The notes below the pieces were generated by a model. The model searched no databases. It was given only the letters and a program-made list of their open reading frames with translations, and had not been told where the DNA came from. Positions 8,597-14,998 of a DNA stretch of 17,543 nt are shown one piece after another (position 1 is the first letter of the stretch; every line of letters starts with the position of its first letter). The stretch comes from a virus, in UHGV virus genome UHGV-0153102; one strand, written 5' to 3'. The translations under genes were made by a program, and so were the position numbers.

Positions 8597-9111
8597 TGTT
8601 CTTTAAAACATCAAACCCTTCCGCGCTGGCTGCGTGGCAAAAATACCAGCAGGACTGCCAGACGGTAAAAGATGAGGCGAAACGCCTTGAGGCCGTGCTG
8701 AATGTTGCGTGCCGGTCGGTATTTGAATTCAGTATCAGTGGTTTTTGTTTTAAGGGACTGCGTTTTACGGAGGACAAATATCCTTTTCATCGCGACTTAT
8801 GGCGAAAACCGACTGCGTCGAATGGCTGGAGCTGCACACCGCGCACATCACGTATCCCTAAAACCCTGCGTGTTGCCTCTGATGAACTGAACAGTCTGTG
8901 GCGTGAATATTCACCCGTCACGTATGCCAGAACCGATGCGCTGTTGTTCTGGCTGGGTATTGATTTCTCGGCAATCCTGTTTGGCCCTGTGAAGTGGTTC
9001 TGCGTTGACGATGTGATTTACCTTCAGTGCGGCGTAAAACCCGCAAAACAGAAAATGACCGAAATTCTGTCTGATGAGTTTTATGCTGCCGAAAAGCGAG
9101 TCAGGGGGTGA
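8596..9111 (+). CDS. hypothetical protein
   Basis: 171-aa ORF; start overlaps the previous stop (TAATG). Confidence 0.6.
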   Translation: MFFKTSNPSALAAWQKYQQDCQTVKDEAKRLEAVLNVACRSVFEFSISGFCFKGLRFTEDKYPFHRDLWRKPTASNGWSCTPRTSRIPKTLRVASDELNSLWREYSPVTYARTDALLFWLGIDFSAILFGPVKWFCVDDVIYLQCGVKPAKQKMTEILSDEFYAAEKRVRG

Positions 9112-9114
9112 TGT

Positions 9115-9666
9115 ATGATGATTTTACAACACATGGGGCGAAAAGGTCGTACACCCGCTCATGTCCGCGCGTGGACACCTGAAGAAGATGCGCTACTGAT
9201 TGCGCTTTATTCATCCACCCCGGTTAAGGATATTGCTGCCAGAATAAAAAGAACTGTCTGGGCTGTATATAACCGGACTGGTGTATTGCGCAGTTCATAC
9301 CCGGAGTTACTGAAATATAAACACCCAAGATTTACACCTGATGAAGATAAGTTTATTCGAAAAAATGCCAGAACAATGACCTGCCAGCAAATGGGAGAAT
9401 ATCTCGGACGTAATAAAGATTCTGTCAGATGTCGGGCAGGAATGATTGGTGCTGGATTAACAAAGTGCGGAGAGTTACGCCCCGGCACGCGCATATCTGA
9501 TGATGATGTACGTCTTATACGTGCGCTGCGTGATTCCGATTACCCACGCCGTCTGTCATTCCGGGAAATTGGCGAAAAGTTTGGAATATCTGAACATTCT
9601 GCTCACGCAGTTTATTACCGTCGCCGGACTGCCGAGGACGCTGTATTACGGGAGTTAACGCCATGA
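9115..9666 (+). CDS. hypothetical protein with three internal HTH-like repeats (Myb/SANT-like pattern)
   Basis: Three repeated segments start WTPEEDALLIALY..., FTPDEDKFIRKN... and ISDDDVRLIRALR.... Confidence 0.6.
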   Translation: MMILQHMGRKGRTPAHVRAWTPEEDALLIALYSSTPVKDIAARIKRTVWAVYNRTGVLRSSYPELLKYKHPRFTPDEDKFIRKNARTMTCQQMGEYLGRNKDSVRCRAGMIGAGLTKCGELRPGTRISDDDVRLIRALRDSDYPRRLSFREIGEKFGISEHSAHAVYYRRRTAEDAVLRELTP

Positions 9667-9992
9667 TAACGACCTTATTTGTTGAATCAGATGAACCTCT
9701 TGTGTGTGCCGCCGGAATGCCGCTCTGTGGCGGAACGCTGACCGGTGTTTATTTCGGGGATTTACGCGGTTATCCCTGGCATTCACTGAATGATGCTTTC
9801 CCACCTGATATGGAGGCTGTCGTGCTGATTGTTCAGTATGGTCACCGTCAGGAGCTGCGCATCGGCCATATGGGGTATGAAGGCTTTTTTGTTGATGAAG
9901 AAACCGGAGCCTGCCTTGAAGATGAAGACGGACAGGTGACGCACTGGTGTCATATTTCGGCTTTACCGGAATTACGGGAGGTGAATGCGTGA
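9663..9992 (+). CDS. hypothetical phage protein, possibly DUF551-like
   Basis: 109 aa; start overlaps the previous stop (ATGA). C-terminal VTHWCHISALPELRE resembles the VTHW..LPE ending recalled for DUF551 proteins. Confidence 0.5.
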   Translation: MITTLFVESDEPLVCAAGMPLCGGTLTGVYFGDLRGYPWHSLNDAFPPDMEAVVLIVQYGHRQELRIGHMGYEGFFVDEETGACLEDEDGQVTHWCHISALPELREVNA

Positions 9993-10339
9993 GAAGTTAT
10001 ATTGATAATGAAAAGCTGGAGACAATAAGCGACTGTCTTAGCTTGCTGGCAAAAATCAAAGAAACTATTGAAGAGATTAAATTTCAGCTTGAATACGCAC
10101 CATGTGGCGATGATGCATGGCGTAATGCTGCCAGAAAAGCACTGGCTGTCTTTCAGAAACAACGCCGGGCTGTTGAATACCGCCTTGCTGTATTGCGCCA
10201 GGAGGAAAAGGAAAGAAATATAAGACGTCATGAACGCGTTAATGACTTCCTTGTTCGTGAATTAAAAGGGCGCGTGCCGGAGTCGGTATTTTTTGAATGT
10301 GAGGCTATAGCCCGTAGCAAAGCACTGGAAACAGATTAA
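9989..10339 (+). CDS. hypothetical protein, predicted helical/coiled-coil
   Basis: GTG at 9989 overlaps the preceding stop (GTGA) and has GGGAGG upstream. The ORF-track start at 9947 would overlap the upstream gene by 46 nt. Confidence 0.5.
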   Translation: MRSYIDNEKLETISDCLSLLAKIKETIEEIKFQLEYAPCGDDAWRNAARKALAVFQKQRRAVEYRLAVLRQEEKERNIRRHERVNDFLVRELKGRVPESVFFECEAIARSKALETD

Positions 10340-10354
10340 GCAGGCAGGTGAATA

Positions 10355-10663
10355 ATGAGTATTGAATTAAGATCGTCTTATGAATATCGCAAAATCCTTA
10401 TCGCCGGAGGCATGAAACCGGAAGATGCAGAGAAATTCGTTTCTTTTATGGATAAAGAATGTGACAAGCGGGATATGCCAGAAATTATTATGGATGACAT
10501 GATTCTGGATTCAGCCGTGGCGTTAAGTCCGTTATGGATTGTGCATACTCTTGCGGAAATAGCTAAAAGAAGTGACAAGCAGGCGGCTGTCGCCGCCCTG
10601 CGATTACTGGCTGAATTAAGTTGTTCAGTCAATCCCAATACGTTCTTTGACGAACCTGGTTAA
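10355..10663 (+). CDS. hypothetical protein
   Basis: 102-aa ORF with AGGTGA RBS; its 3' end overlaps the minus-strand moron by 39 nt. Confidence 0.55.
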   Translation: MSIELRSSYEYRKILIAGGMKPEDAEKFVSFMDKECDKRDMPEIIMDDMILDSAVALSPLWIVHTLAEIAKRSDKQAAVAALRLLAELSCSVNPNTFFDEPG

Positions 10664-11035
10664 CATTGATTTGGTAACTTCTTTAATTAGATCAAATGGT
10701 GCGTCTGTAAACTCCTTTTTGATTCTTTCAAGGATTGGTTTTTTTCTCAGGGCGTTAGCTAAATCATGCCCCTGCTGGGTAAGCATAATGGGCGTGTTTC
10801 TGAAACCAACGCCCAGAGAATGGAAAAAGAAACCAATATATTTGGGTGTTTCTGACTGCATATCACCATTAACAATTGAGCCATTATCAGCGAGAAGCAT
10901 AAGATGAAAAACTTTTTTATCCTTTTCCTCTCCTTCTGCCTCAGCCATGCCCAGATCCTGTAGTGTAAGGAAAGGTGTTTCAGCATCCTGAAAAGTTGTG
11001 AGAATACTTAATACTTCATCGTAATCTATTTTCAT
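10625..11035 (-). CDS. opposite-strand AT-rich moron encoding a 136-aa protein of unknown function
   Basis: Only sizeable minus-strand ORF inside the rightward early operon. The surrounding ~400 bp is visibly more AT-rich than the flanking phage DNA. Own RBS (AAAGG) upstream of the ATG at 11033-11035. Confidence 0.65.
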   Translation of the reverse strand: MKIDYDEVLSILTTFQDAETPFLTLQDLGMAEAEGEEKDKKVFHLMLLADNGSIVNGDMQSETPKYIGFFFHSLGVGFRNTPIMLTQQGHDLANALRKKPILERIKKEFTDAPFDLIKEVTKSMLTRFVKERIGID

Positions 11036-11057
11036 ATCGATACCTTTAGTTTTATCC

Positions 11058-11085
11058 GGGCGGCGTTGCCATGCCGCCTGTTGTT
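11058..11085. promoter_or_regulatory. GC hairpin (GGGCGGC / GCCGCC(T), 8-nt loop) followed by TGTTGTT, in the spacer between the moron start and the gemA start
   Basis: Inverted repeat seen directly at 11058-11064 and 11073-11079. Confidence 0.4.
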
Positions 11086-11099
11086 ACGGAGACACGATA

Positions 11100-11612
11100 A
11101 TGAATCGCGCTTCCCTGATTACCTTAATACATGTCGCAAAACGCGATCTACAGCTTGACCATGAGACCTACACATCCGTACTACTGGCAGCCACCGGCAA
11201 ACCCAGTTGCCGGGATATGTCACCGGATGAGTTATCCCGCGTGCTGGATGTTTTCAAAAAACGCGGTTTTAAAGTGCGTCAGAAGCCGGTTAACCGGGCC
11301 TTAAAACCGGGTACGGTGACCGCCAAAATTCGCGCCATCTGGAAGGTGATGCACCGGCAGGGCTTTATCTCTGATGGCGGGGAAACAGCCCTTAACCGCT
11401 GGGTGAAATCGCAGACGGCCGCTCAGAACGGCGGCGAAGGTGTGGCTAACTGGCAGTGGCTGGAACAACACCCCGCGCTGGCCTCTGATGTGCTGGAGCG
11501 TCTCAAACGCTGGCACCGCCGCAAGATGCTGGATGTGCTGGGGATGCCAGCGCGTACAGTGATGAGTTATGAGCGCGTTTGCAGGCTGTATGAAGAATCC
11601 TCCCCCTTTTAA
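11100..11612 (+). CDS. gemA: GemA-like protein (Mu gp16 family)
   Basis: 170 aa; N-terminus MNRASLITLIHVAKRDLQLD...ATGKPSCRDMSPDEL resembles Mu GemA as recalled; lies just upstream of mor. Confidence 0.75.
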   Translation: MNRASLITLIHVAKRDLQLDHETYTSVLLAATGKPSCRDMSPDELSRVLDVFKKRGFKVRQKPVNRALKPGTVTAKIRAIWKVMHRQGFISDGGETALNRWVKSQTAAQNGGEGVANWQWLEQHPALASDVLERLKRWHRRKMLDVLGMPARTVMSYERVCRLYEESSPF

Positions 11613-11620
11613 CCCCAAAC

Positions 11621-11647
11621 CCCGCCACAGCGCGGGATTTTTATTTT
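11621..11647 (+). terminator. intrinsic terminator or attenuator after gemA
   Basis: CCCGC-CACAGC-GCGGG hairpin at 11621-11636 followed by ATTTTTATTTT. Confidence 0.6.
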
Positions 11648-11682
11648 AAACTTGCCCTGTGTAATGATGACCGGAGGCGGGT

Positions 11683-12105
11683 ATGGCTGAAACACAGATG
11701 AGCATGTTTGGTGACAGCGAACAGCTGCACGCGCTGATTGACCGTCTGGATGATATTCCTGATGATGAGCTGAAAAAGAACTGGCCCGGCACGCTGCGGG
11801 ACCTGGTTGATGTGATCAGTGCTGAACTGCACCGTCAGGGGATTGAACCTGCTCAGGCGGGAATGCTTGCCCGTAAGGTTGCAGCCGCACAGGCCGGGTA
11901 CATGGGCGGGCGTGGTTATTATCTCCCGGTCGGTGAATCCCTTTTCACCGAACTGCGCAATAATGAAATTTTTTCCCGCTGGAGCCAGGGCGAAAAAATT
12001 GAAACCCTGCGCCGCCACTACCAGATGTCAGAGACGCAGATTTACTCCGTTATCCGCAACCAGCGTCGCCTGCATCAGGAACGCACGCAGCCACGGCTTT
12101 TCTGA
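11683..12105 (+). CDS. mor: Mor/C-family transcriptional activator (single copy)
   Basis: 140 aa; acidic N-terminus; C-terminal HTH region ETLRRHYQMSETQIYSVIRNQRRL resembles Mu Mor/C; GGAGG RBS upstream. Confidence 0.75.
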   Translation: MAETQMSMFGDSEQLHALIDRLDDIPDDELKKNWPGTLRDLVDVISAELHRQGIEPAQAGMLARKVAAAQAGYMGGRGYYLPVGESLFTELRNNEIFSRWSQGEKIETLRRHYQMSETQIYSVIRNQRRLHQERTQPRLF

Positions 12106-12176
12106 TATTCCGCAAATCCTGCCCACTTTTTCCCACGGTTACGCTGACTCAGAGAACACCATGAGACAGCGTAACA

Positions 12177-12677
12177 ATGCCAAAACTCCCCGCACCCCTG
12201 CGTAAAAAGCTGATTGCCCTTGTTCTGGCCGGAGCCGGGACGTTCACCATTGCCACGCACTACACCGGCTACTGGGAAGGGAAAGAAAACACCACGTACA
12301 TTGATCCCACCGGCACCCCCACCATCTGTTACGGCCATACCGGCCCGGATGTGAAACCGGGGATGACAAAAACTGATGAAGAGTGTCTGGAGCTGCTGGA
12401 AAAGGACATGAAATGGGCCTTTGCGGCTATCGATCGTCATGTTCAGGTGCCGCTTACCCGTGGTCAGACGGTGGCGCTGGCCTCCTGGATTTTCTGGGCC
12501 GGTGAAACGAACTTTCGCAACTCCACGCTCCTGCGCCTTATCAATGCCGGGCAGATGCCCGCGTCCTGTAAGCAGTATATCCGCTGGATTTATTCAAAGG
12601 GGGTAAAACTCCCCGGTCTTGAGGCCCGCCGTTCGGCGGATGAATGGTTATGTCGTTACGATTTGCCGAAAGTCTGA
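12177..12677 (+). CDS. lys: SAR endolysin (phage lysozyme with N-terminal signal-anchor-release segment)
   Basis: 166 aa; N-terminus MPKLPAPLRKKLIALVLAGAGTFTIA is a weakly hydrophobic SAR-like segment; downstream motifs ICYGHTGPD and WIFWAGETNFRNSTLLRLINAG resemble Mu Lys. Confidence 0.85.
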   Translation: MPKLPAPLRKKLIALVLAGAGTFTIATHYTGYWEGKENTTYIDPTGTPTICYGHTGPDVKPGMTKTDEECLELLEKDMKWAFAAIDRHVQVPLTRGQTVALASWIFWAGETNFRNSTLLRLINAGQMPASCKQYIRWIYSKGVKLPGLEARRSADEWLCRYDLPKV

Positions 12678-12789
12678 ACCGCTTCTGGCGACCGCTCATG
12701 ATTGCGCTGCTGTGTGCCGTTGTGCTGCTGCGGGGTGTGCTGTGTCTGCGGTGAACAATCCCTTACCGGCCCTGATTGCCGGAGGCTGT

Positions 12790-13140
12790 ATGGCGGCGCT
12801 GGGGGTGATGAGCGTGCTGGCTGCCGTGGTATGGGGAATGCACCAGAAGACGCAGCGCCTTGAGGACAATAATCATGTGCTTGTGCGTGAACGGGACGAA
12901 GCCCGTCTGGTGCTGGCAAACCAGCAACGCACCCTGCAACTCATTTCACAAATCAGCAAGGCGGCCACGAATGAAAAACAGCAGAACATGCAGCACAGCG
13001 AGGAACAGCAGAGCATTGTCCGCCGGTCACTGGCAACGGTGCCTGCTGCCGCTGTGCCTGTGCCTGATGATGTGGCTGACCGGGTGCGGCGGGCCGTCTG
13101 TGAAATTCGTCCCTGTGCCGCCGGTGCCGATCCCCGCTGA
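12790..13140 (+). CDS. i-spanin (Rz-like inner-membrane spanin component)
   Basis: N-terminal transmembrane segment AALGVMSVLAAVVWGM then a helical, charged region. GGAGG precedes ATG 12790; GTG 12751 is an alternative start. The ORF-track start at 12619 is rejected as an upstream run-on. Confidence 0.6.
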   Translation: MAALGVMSVLAAVVWGMHQKTQRLEDNNHVLVRERDEARLVLANQQRTLQLISQISKAATNEKQQNMQHSEEQQSIVRRSLATVPAAAVPVPDDVADRVRRAVCEIRPCAAGADPR

Positions 13141-13342
13141 ATGGCTGGCTGACTGCCTGGTCCCTCCCGCGCCGCAGCCGTTCACGTTTGGTGCATCGGT
13201 CACTTACAACCTGCAACTGCTGGCGGTGATTAAAAACTGCAACGTGGACAAGGCCAGCATCCGCCGTCTGGAGACACAGCGACAGCATGAATTTACTGAT
13301 ATGGCCGGAACGACTGCTGTTCCGGCAGGAAAGACGAAGTAA
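13016..13342 (+). CDS. o-spanin (Rz1-like outer-membrane lipoprotein), +1 frame, overlapping and extending beyond the i-spanin
   Basis: Alternative-frame ORF with a lipobox-like WLTGC followed by a proline-rich segment (VPVPPVPIPAEW...PPAPQP). Start uncertain: TTG 13016 gives a plausible signal peptide; ATG 12971 gives an overlong one. Confidence 0.5.
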   Translation: MSAGHWQRCLLPLCLCLMMWLTGCGGPSVKFVPVPPVPIPAEWLADCLVPPAPQPFTFGASVTYNLQLLAVIKNCNVDKASIRRLETQRQHEFTDMAGTTAVPAGKTK

Positions 13343-13352
13343 GGAAAAAGGT

Positions 13353-13580
13353 ATGGATGATTCAGATTGTGCTCAGGCAGTCATGGAGCGTGCAACAGAA
13401 CGCGCCCTTTGTGACCGGCTGACACGTAAGCGCCGGGTGGCGGAGACACCGGGCAGGCGTGTATGCGCGGACTGCGGGGGTGACATTCCGGCTGCCCGTC
13501 TGGTTGCCGTGCCGGATGCCATCCGTTGTGTGAACTGCCAGAACATCATGGAGGCCGGTCATGTGGGTCAGCATCGTTAA
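13353..13580 (+). CDS. TraR/DksA-family C4 zinc-finger protein
   Basis: 75 aa from ATG 13353 with AAGGAAAAAGG upstream; CxxC-(17 residues)-CxxC spacing (CADCGG...CVNCQ). Confidence 0.65.
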   Translation: MDDSDCAQAVMERATERALCDRLTRKRRVAETPGRRVCADCGGDIPAARLVAVPDAIRCVNCQNIMEAGHVGQHR

Positions 13581-13872
13581 AGATTATGTCGTGCCGATCC
13601 TGTCGGCAACGGCCACAGCCGGGGGGATCTTCATGGCGCTGATGCGCAAAACCTTTGTCCCCCGCGAGGCCTTTGAAAAACTCTCCGACCGGGTTGAGCG
13701 GGTGGAGAGCCGGATTTCCGGCCTGCCCACGCAGCAGGAGGTGAACAGACTCAATATCGAAATCACCACCCTGCGCGGTGAGCTTAAGGCCACCAATGCC
13801 ACCCTGAAATCCGTCTCCCATCAGAACGAACTGCTGCTGGAGCAGGCTGTAAGGAAAAAACACAATGAGTGA
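13561..13872 (+). CDS. membrane protein with one N-terminal transmembrane helix and a coiled-coil region (possibly lysis-associated)
   Basis: 103 aa; GGAGG 6 nt upstream of the ATG; hydrophobic YVVPILSATATAGGIFMALM followed by a heptad-like charged region. Confidence 0.55.
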   Translation: MWVSIVKDYVVPILSATATAGGIFMALMRKTFVPREAFEKLSDRVERVESRISGLPTQQEVNRLNIEITTLRGELKATNATLKSVSHQNELLLEQAVRKKHNE

Positions 13873-14155
13873 TATCATTACTGAAGATCAGCGTCTTGTC
13901 ATTCTGCGGTCGCTGGCGGATTACAACGGCGAACTGGGCGAATCCGTGCTTCAGGACTGCCTGGATGATTACGGTCACCGCGTGTCCCGCGACACCGTTC
14001 ATACCCACATTGCCTGGCTTGCCGAGCAGGGACTGGTGCGTAAGCGCACGCTTGTTAACGGTTATTTCATCGCTGAACTGACCGGCCGGGGTCAGGATGT
14101 GGCGGAAGGCCGCGCCACCGTTCCGGGTGTGAAGAAACCACGCGCAAGGGGGTAA
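13865..14155 (+). CDS. hypothetical protein, possible winged-helix DNA-binding
   Basis: 96-aa ORF overlapping the previous stop, immediately upstream of the terminase small subunit. Confidence 0.55.
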   Translation: MSDIITEDQRLVILRSLADYNGELGESVLQDCLDDYGHRVSRDTVHTHIAWLAEQGLVRKRTLVNGYFIAELTGRGQDVAEGRATVPGVKKPRARG

Positions 14156-14157
14156 CG

Positions 14158-14739
14158 ATGGATAAGCCAACGCGTGGCCGTGTACGCAAGGTGGATTTGC
14201 TCCCCAACAGCATCCGTAAGCCGCTGCTGGAAATGCTGCGTGAAAAACGTCTGACGCAGGTCCAGATCCGCGAGGAAATCAACCGTCTGATCCGTGAAGC
14301 AGGTCTGCCGGAAGAGCAGCAGCTCTCACCGGCGGCCATCAGCCGGGAAGCCTCCCGTAATGAGCTGATTGCCCGTAATCTGCGTGATTTACGCGAGCAG
14401 ACAAAAGCCATGATGGCCGAACTGGGGGATAAGCCGACCGGTGAAACCACGGCACTGATTCTGGAGATGTCCCGTGCCCTGATGTACCGCCGTCTGCGTG
14501 CCGCCACCGAATCCCTGAACAGCGACAGCGATGTGGATATGCGCCTTATTAAGGACATCCTCCTGTCGGCACAGCGTGCAGAAAGTGCCGCCGAGCGCAG
14601 CATTAAGCGTGAAAAAGAAATCCGGGCCGCATTTGCTGAAGAGATGGCGAATGCGGTCACCGATGAGTTGCGCGGCGTGGATGGCATGAGCGAGCAGATC
14701 GAATTCCGTATCAGGCAGATGCTGCTGGGTAAGGCGTAG
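14158..14739 (+). CDS. terminase small subunit (Mu gp27-like)
   Basis: 193 aa; N-terminus ...VRKVDLLPNSIRKPLLEMLREKRLTQVQIREEINRLIREAGL resembles Mu gp27 as recalled; sits upstream of the large terminase. Confidence 0.7.
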   Translation: MDKPTRGRVRKVDLLPNSIRKPLLEMLREKRLTQVQIREEINRLIREAGLPEEQQLSPAAISREASRNELIARNLRDLREQTKAMMAELGDKPTGETTALILEMSRALMYRRLRAATESLNSDSDVDMRLIKDILLSAQRAESAAERSIKREKEIRAAFAEEMANAVTDELRGVDGMSEQIEFRIRQMLLGKA

Positions 14740-14749
14740 GAGGTGAATC

Positions 14750-14998
14750 ATGGCAACAGATAACCGCTCACTGATGAGCAGTGCCCATCAGAAAGCATTC
14801 AGTCTTGCAACACAGTTACCTCCTGAAACCATAAAGGTATGTCGTGAGTTGACTGAACTCAGCATTGCCGGGGAAATATCCCTGGAACAACTGCATTCGC
14901 TGCTGGCAGAGGCTGCCACTGATGAGTTGAGCGGCGTGGACGTGATGACTGAAGAGCTTGAGTCCCGAATCAAAAGCATTCTGACAGGTAAAGCATGA
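14750..14998 (+). CDS. small protein whose C-terminal ~28 residues duplicate the terminase small-subunit C-terminus
   Basis: 82-aa ORF; its stop overlaps the terminase-large ATG (ATGA). Its C-terminus AATDELSGVDVMTEELESRIKSILTGKA parallels the TerS C-terminus AVTDELRGVDGMSEQIEFRIRQMLLGKA; the similarity is also visible in the DNA. Confidence 0.55.
   Translation: MATDNRSLMSSAHQKAFSLATQLPPETIKVCRELTELSIAGEISLEQLHSLLAEAATDELSGVDVMTEELESRIKSILTGKA

Noticed and set aside
9947-9988. Upstream ATG start for the 130-aa ORF
   Set aside because: Would overlap the preceding gene by 46 nt in another frame; the GTG at 9989 with a GGGAGG RBS and GTGA stop-start overlap is more plausible.
12698-12754. 18-codon hydrophobic mini-ORF (MIALLCAVVLLRGVLCLR)
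   Set aside because: Too short to support as a gene from sequence alone; it is mentioned under the spanin finding as something to check.
12619-12789. N-terminal extension of the i-spanin ORF giving a 173-aa protein
   Set aside because: The extension overlaps the endolysin 3' end, is Cys/Ala-rich with no RBS, and the transmembrane segment begins only after the internal starts at 12751 or 12790.
14067-14687. 206-aa minus-strand ORF
   Set aside because: Antisense to the terminase small-subunit gene; Arg/Ser-rich low-complexity translation typical of a shadow ORF.
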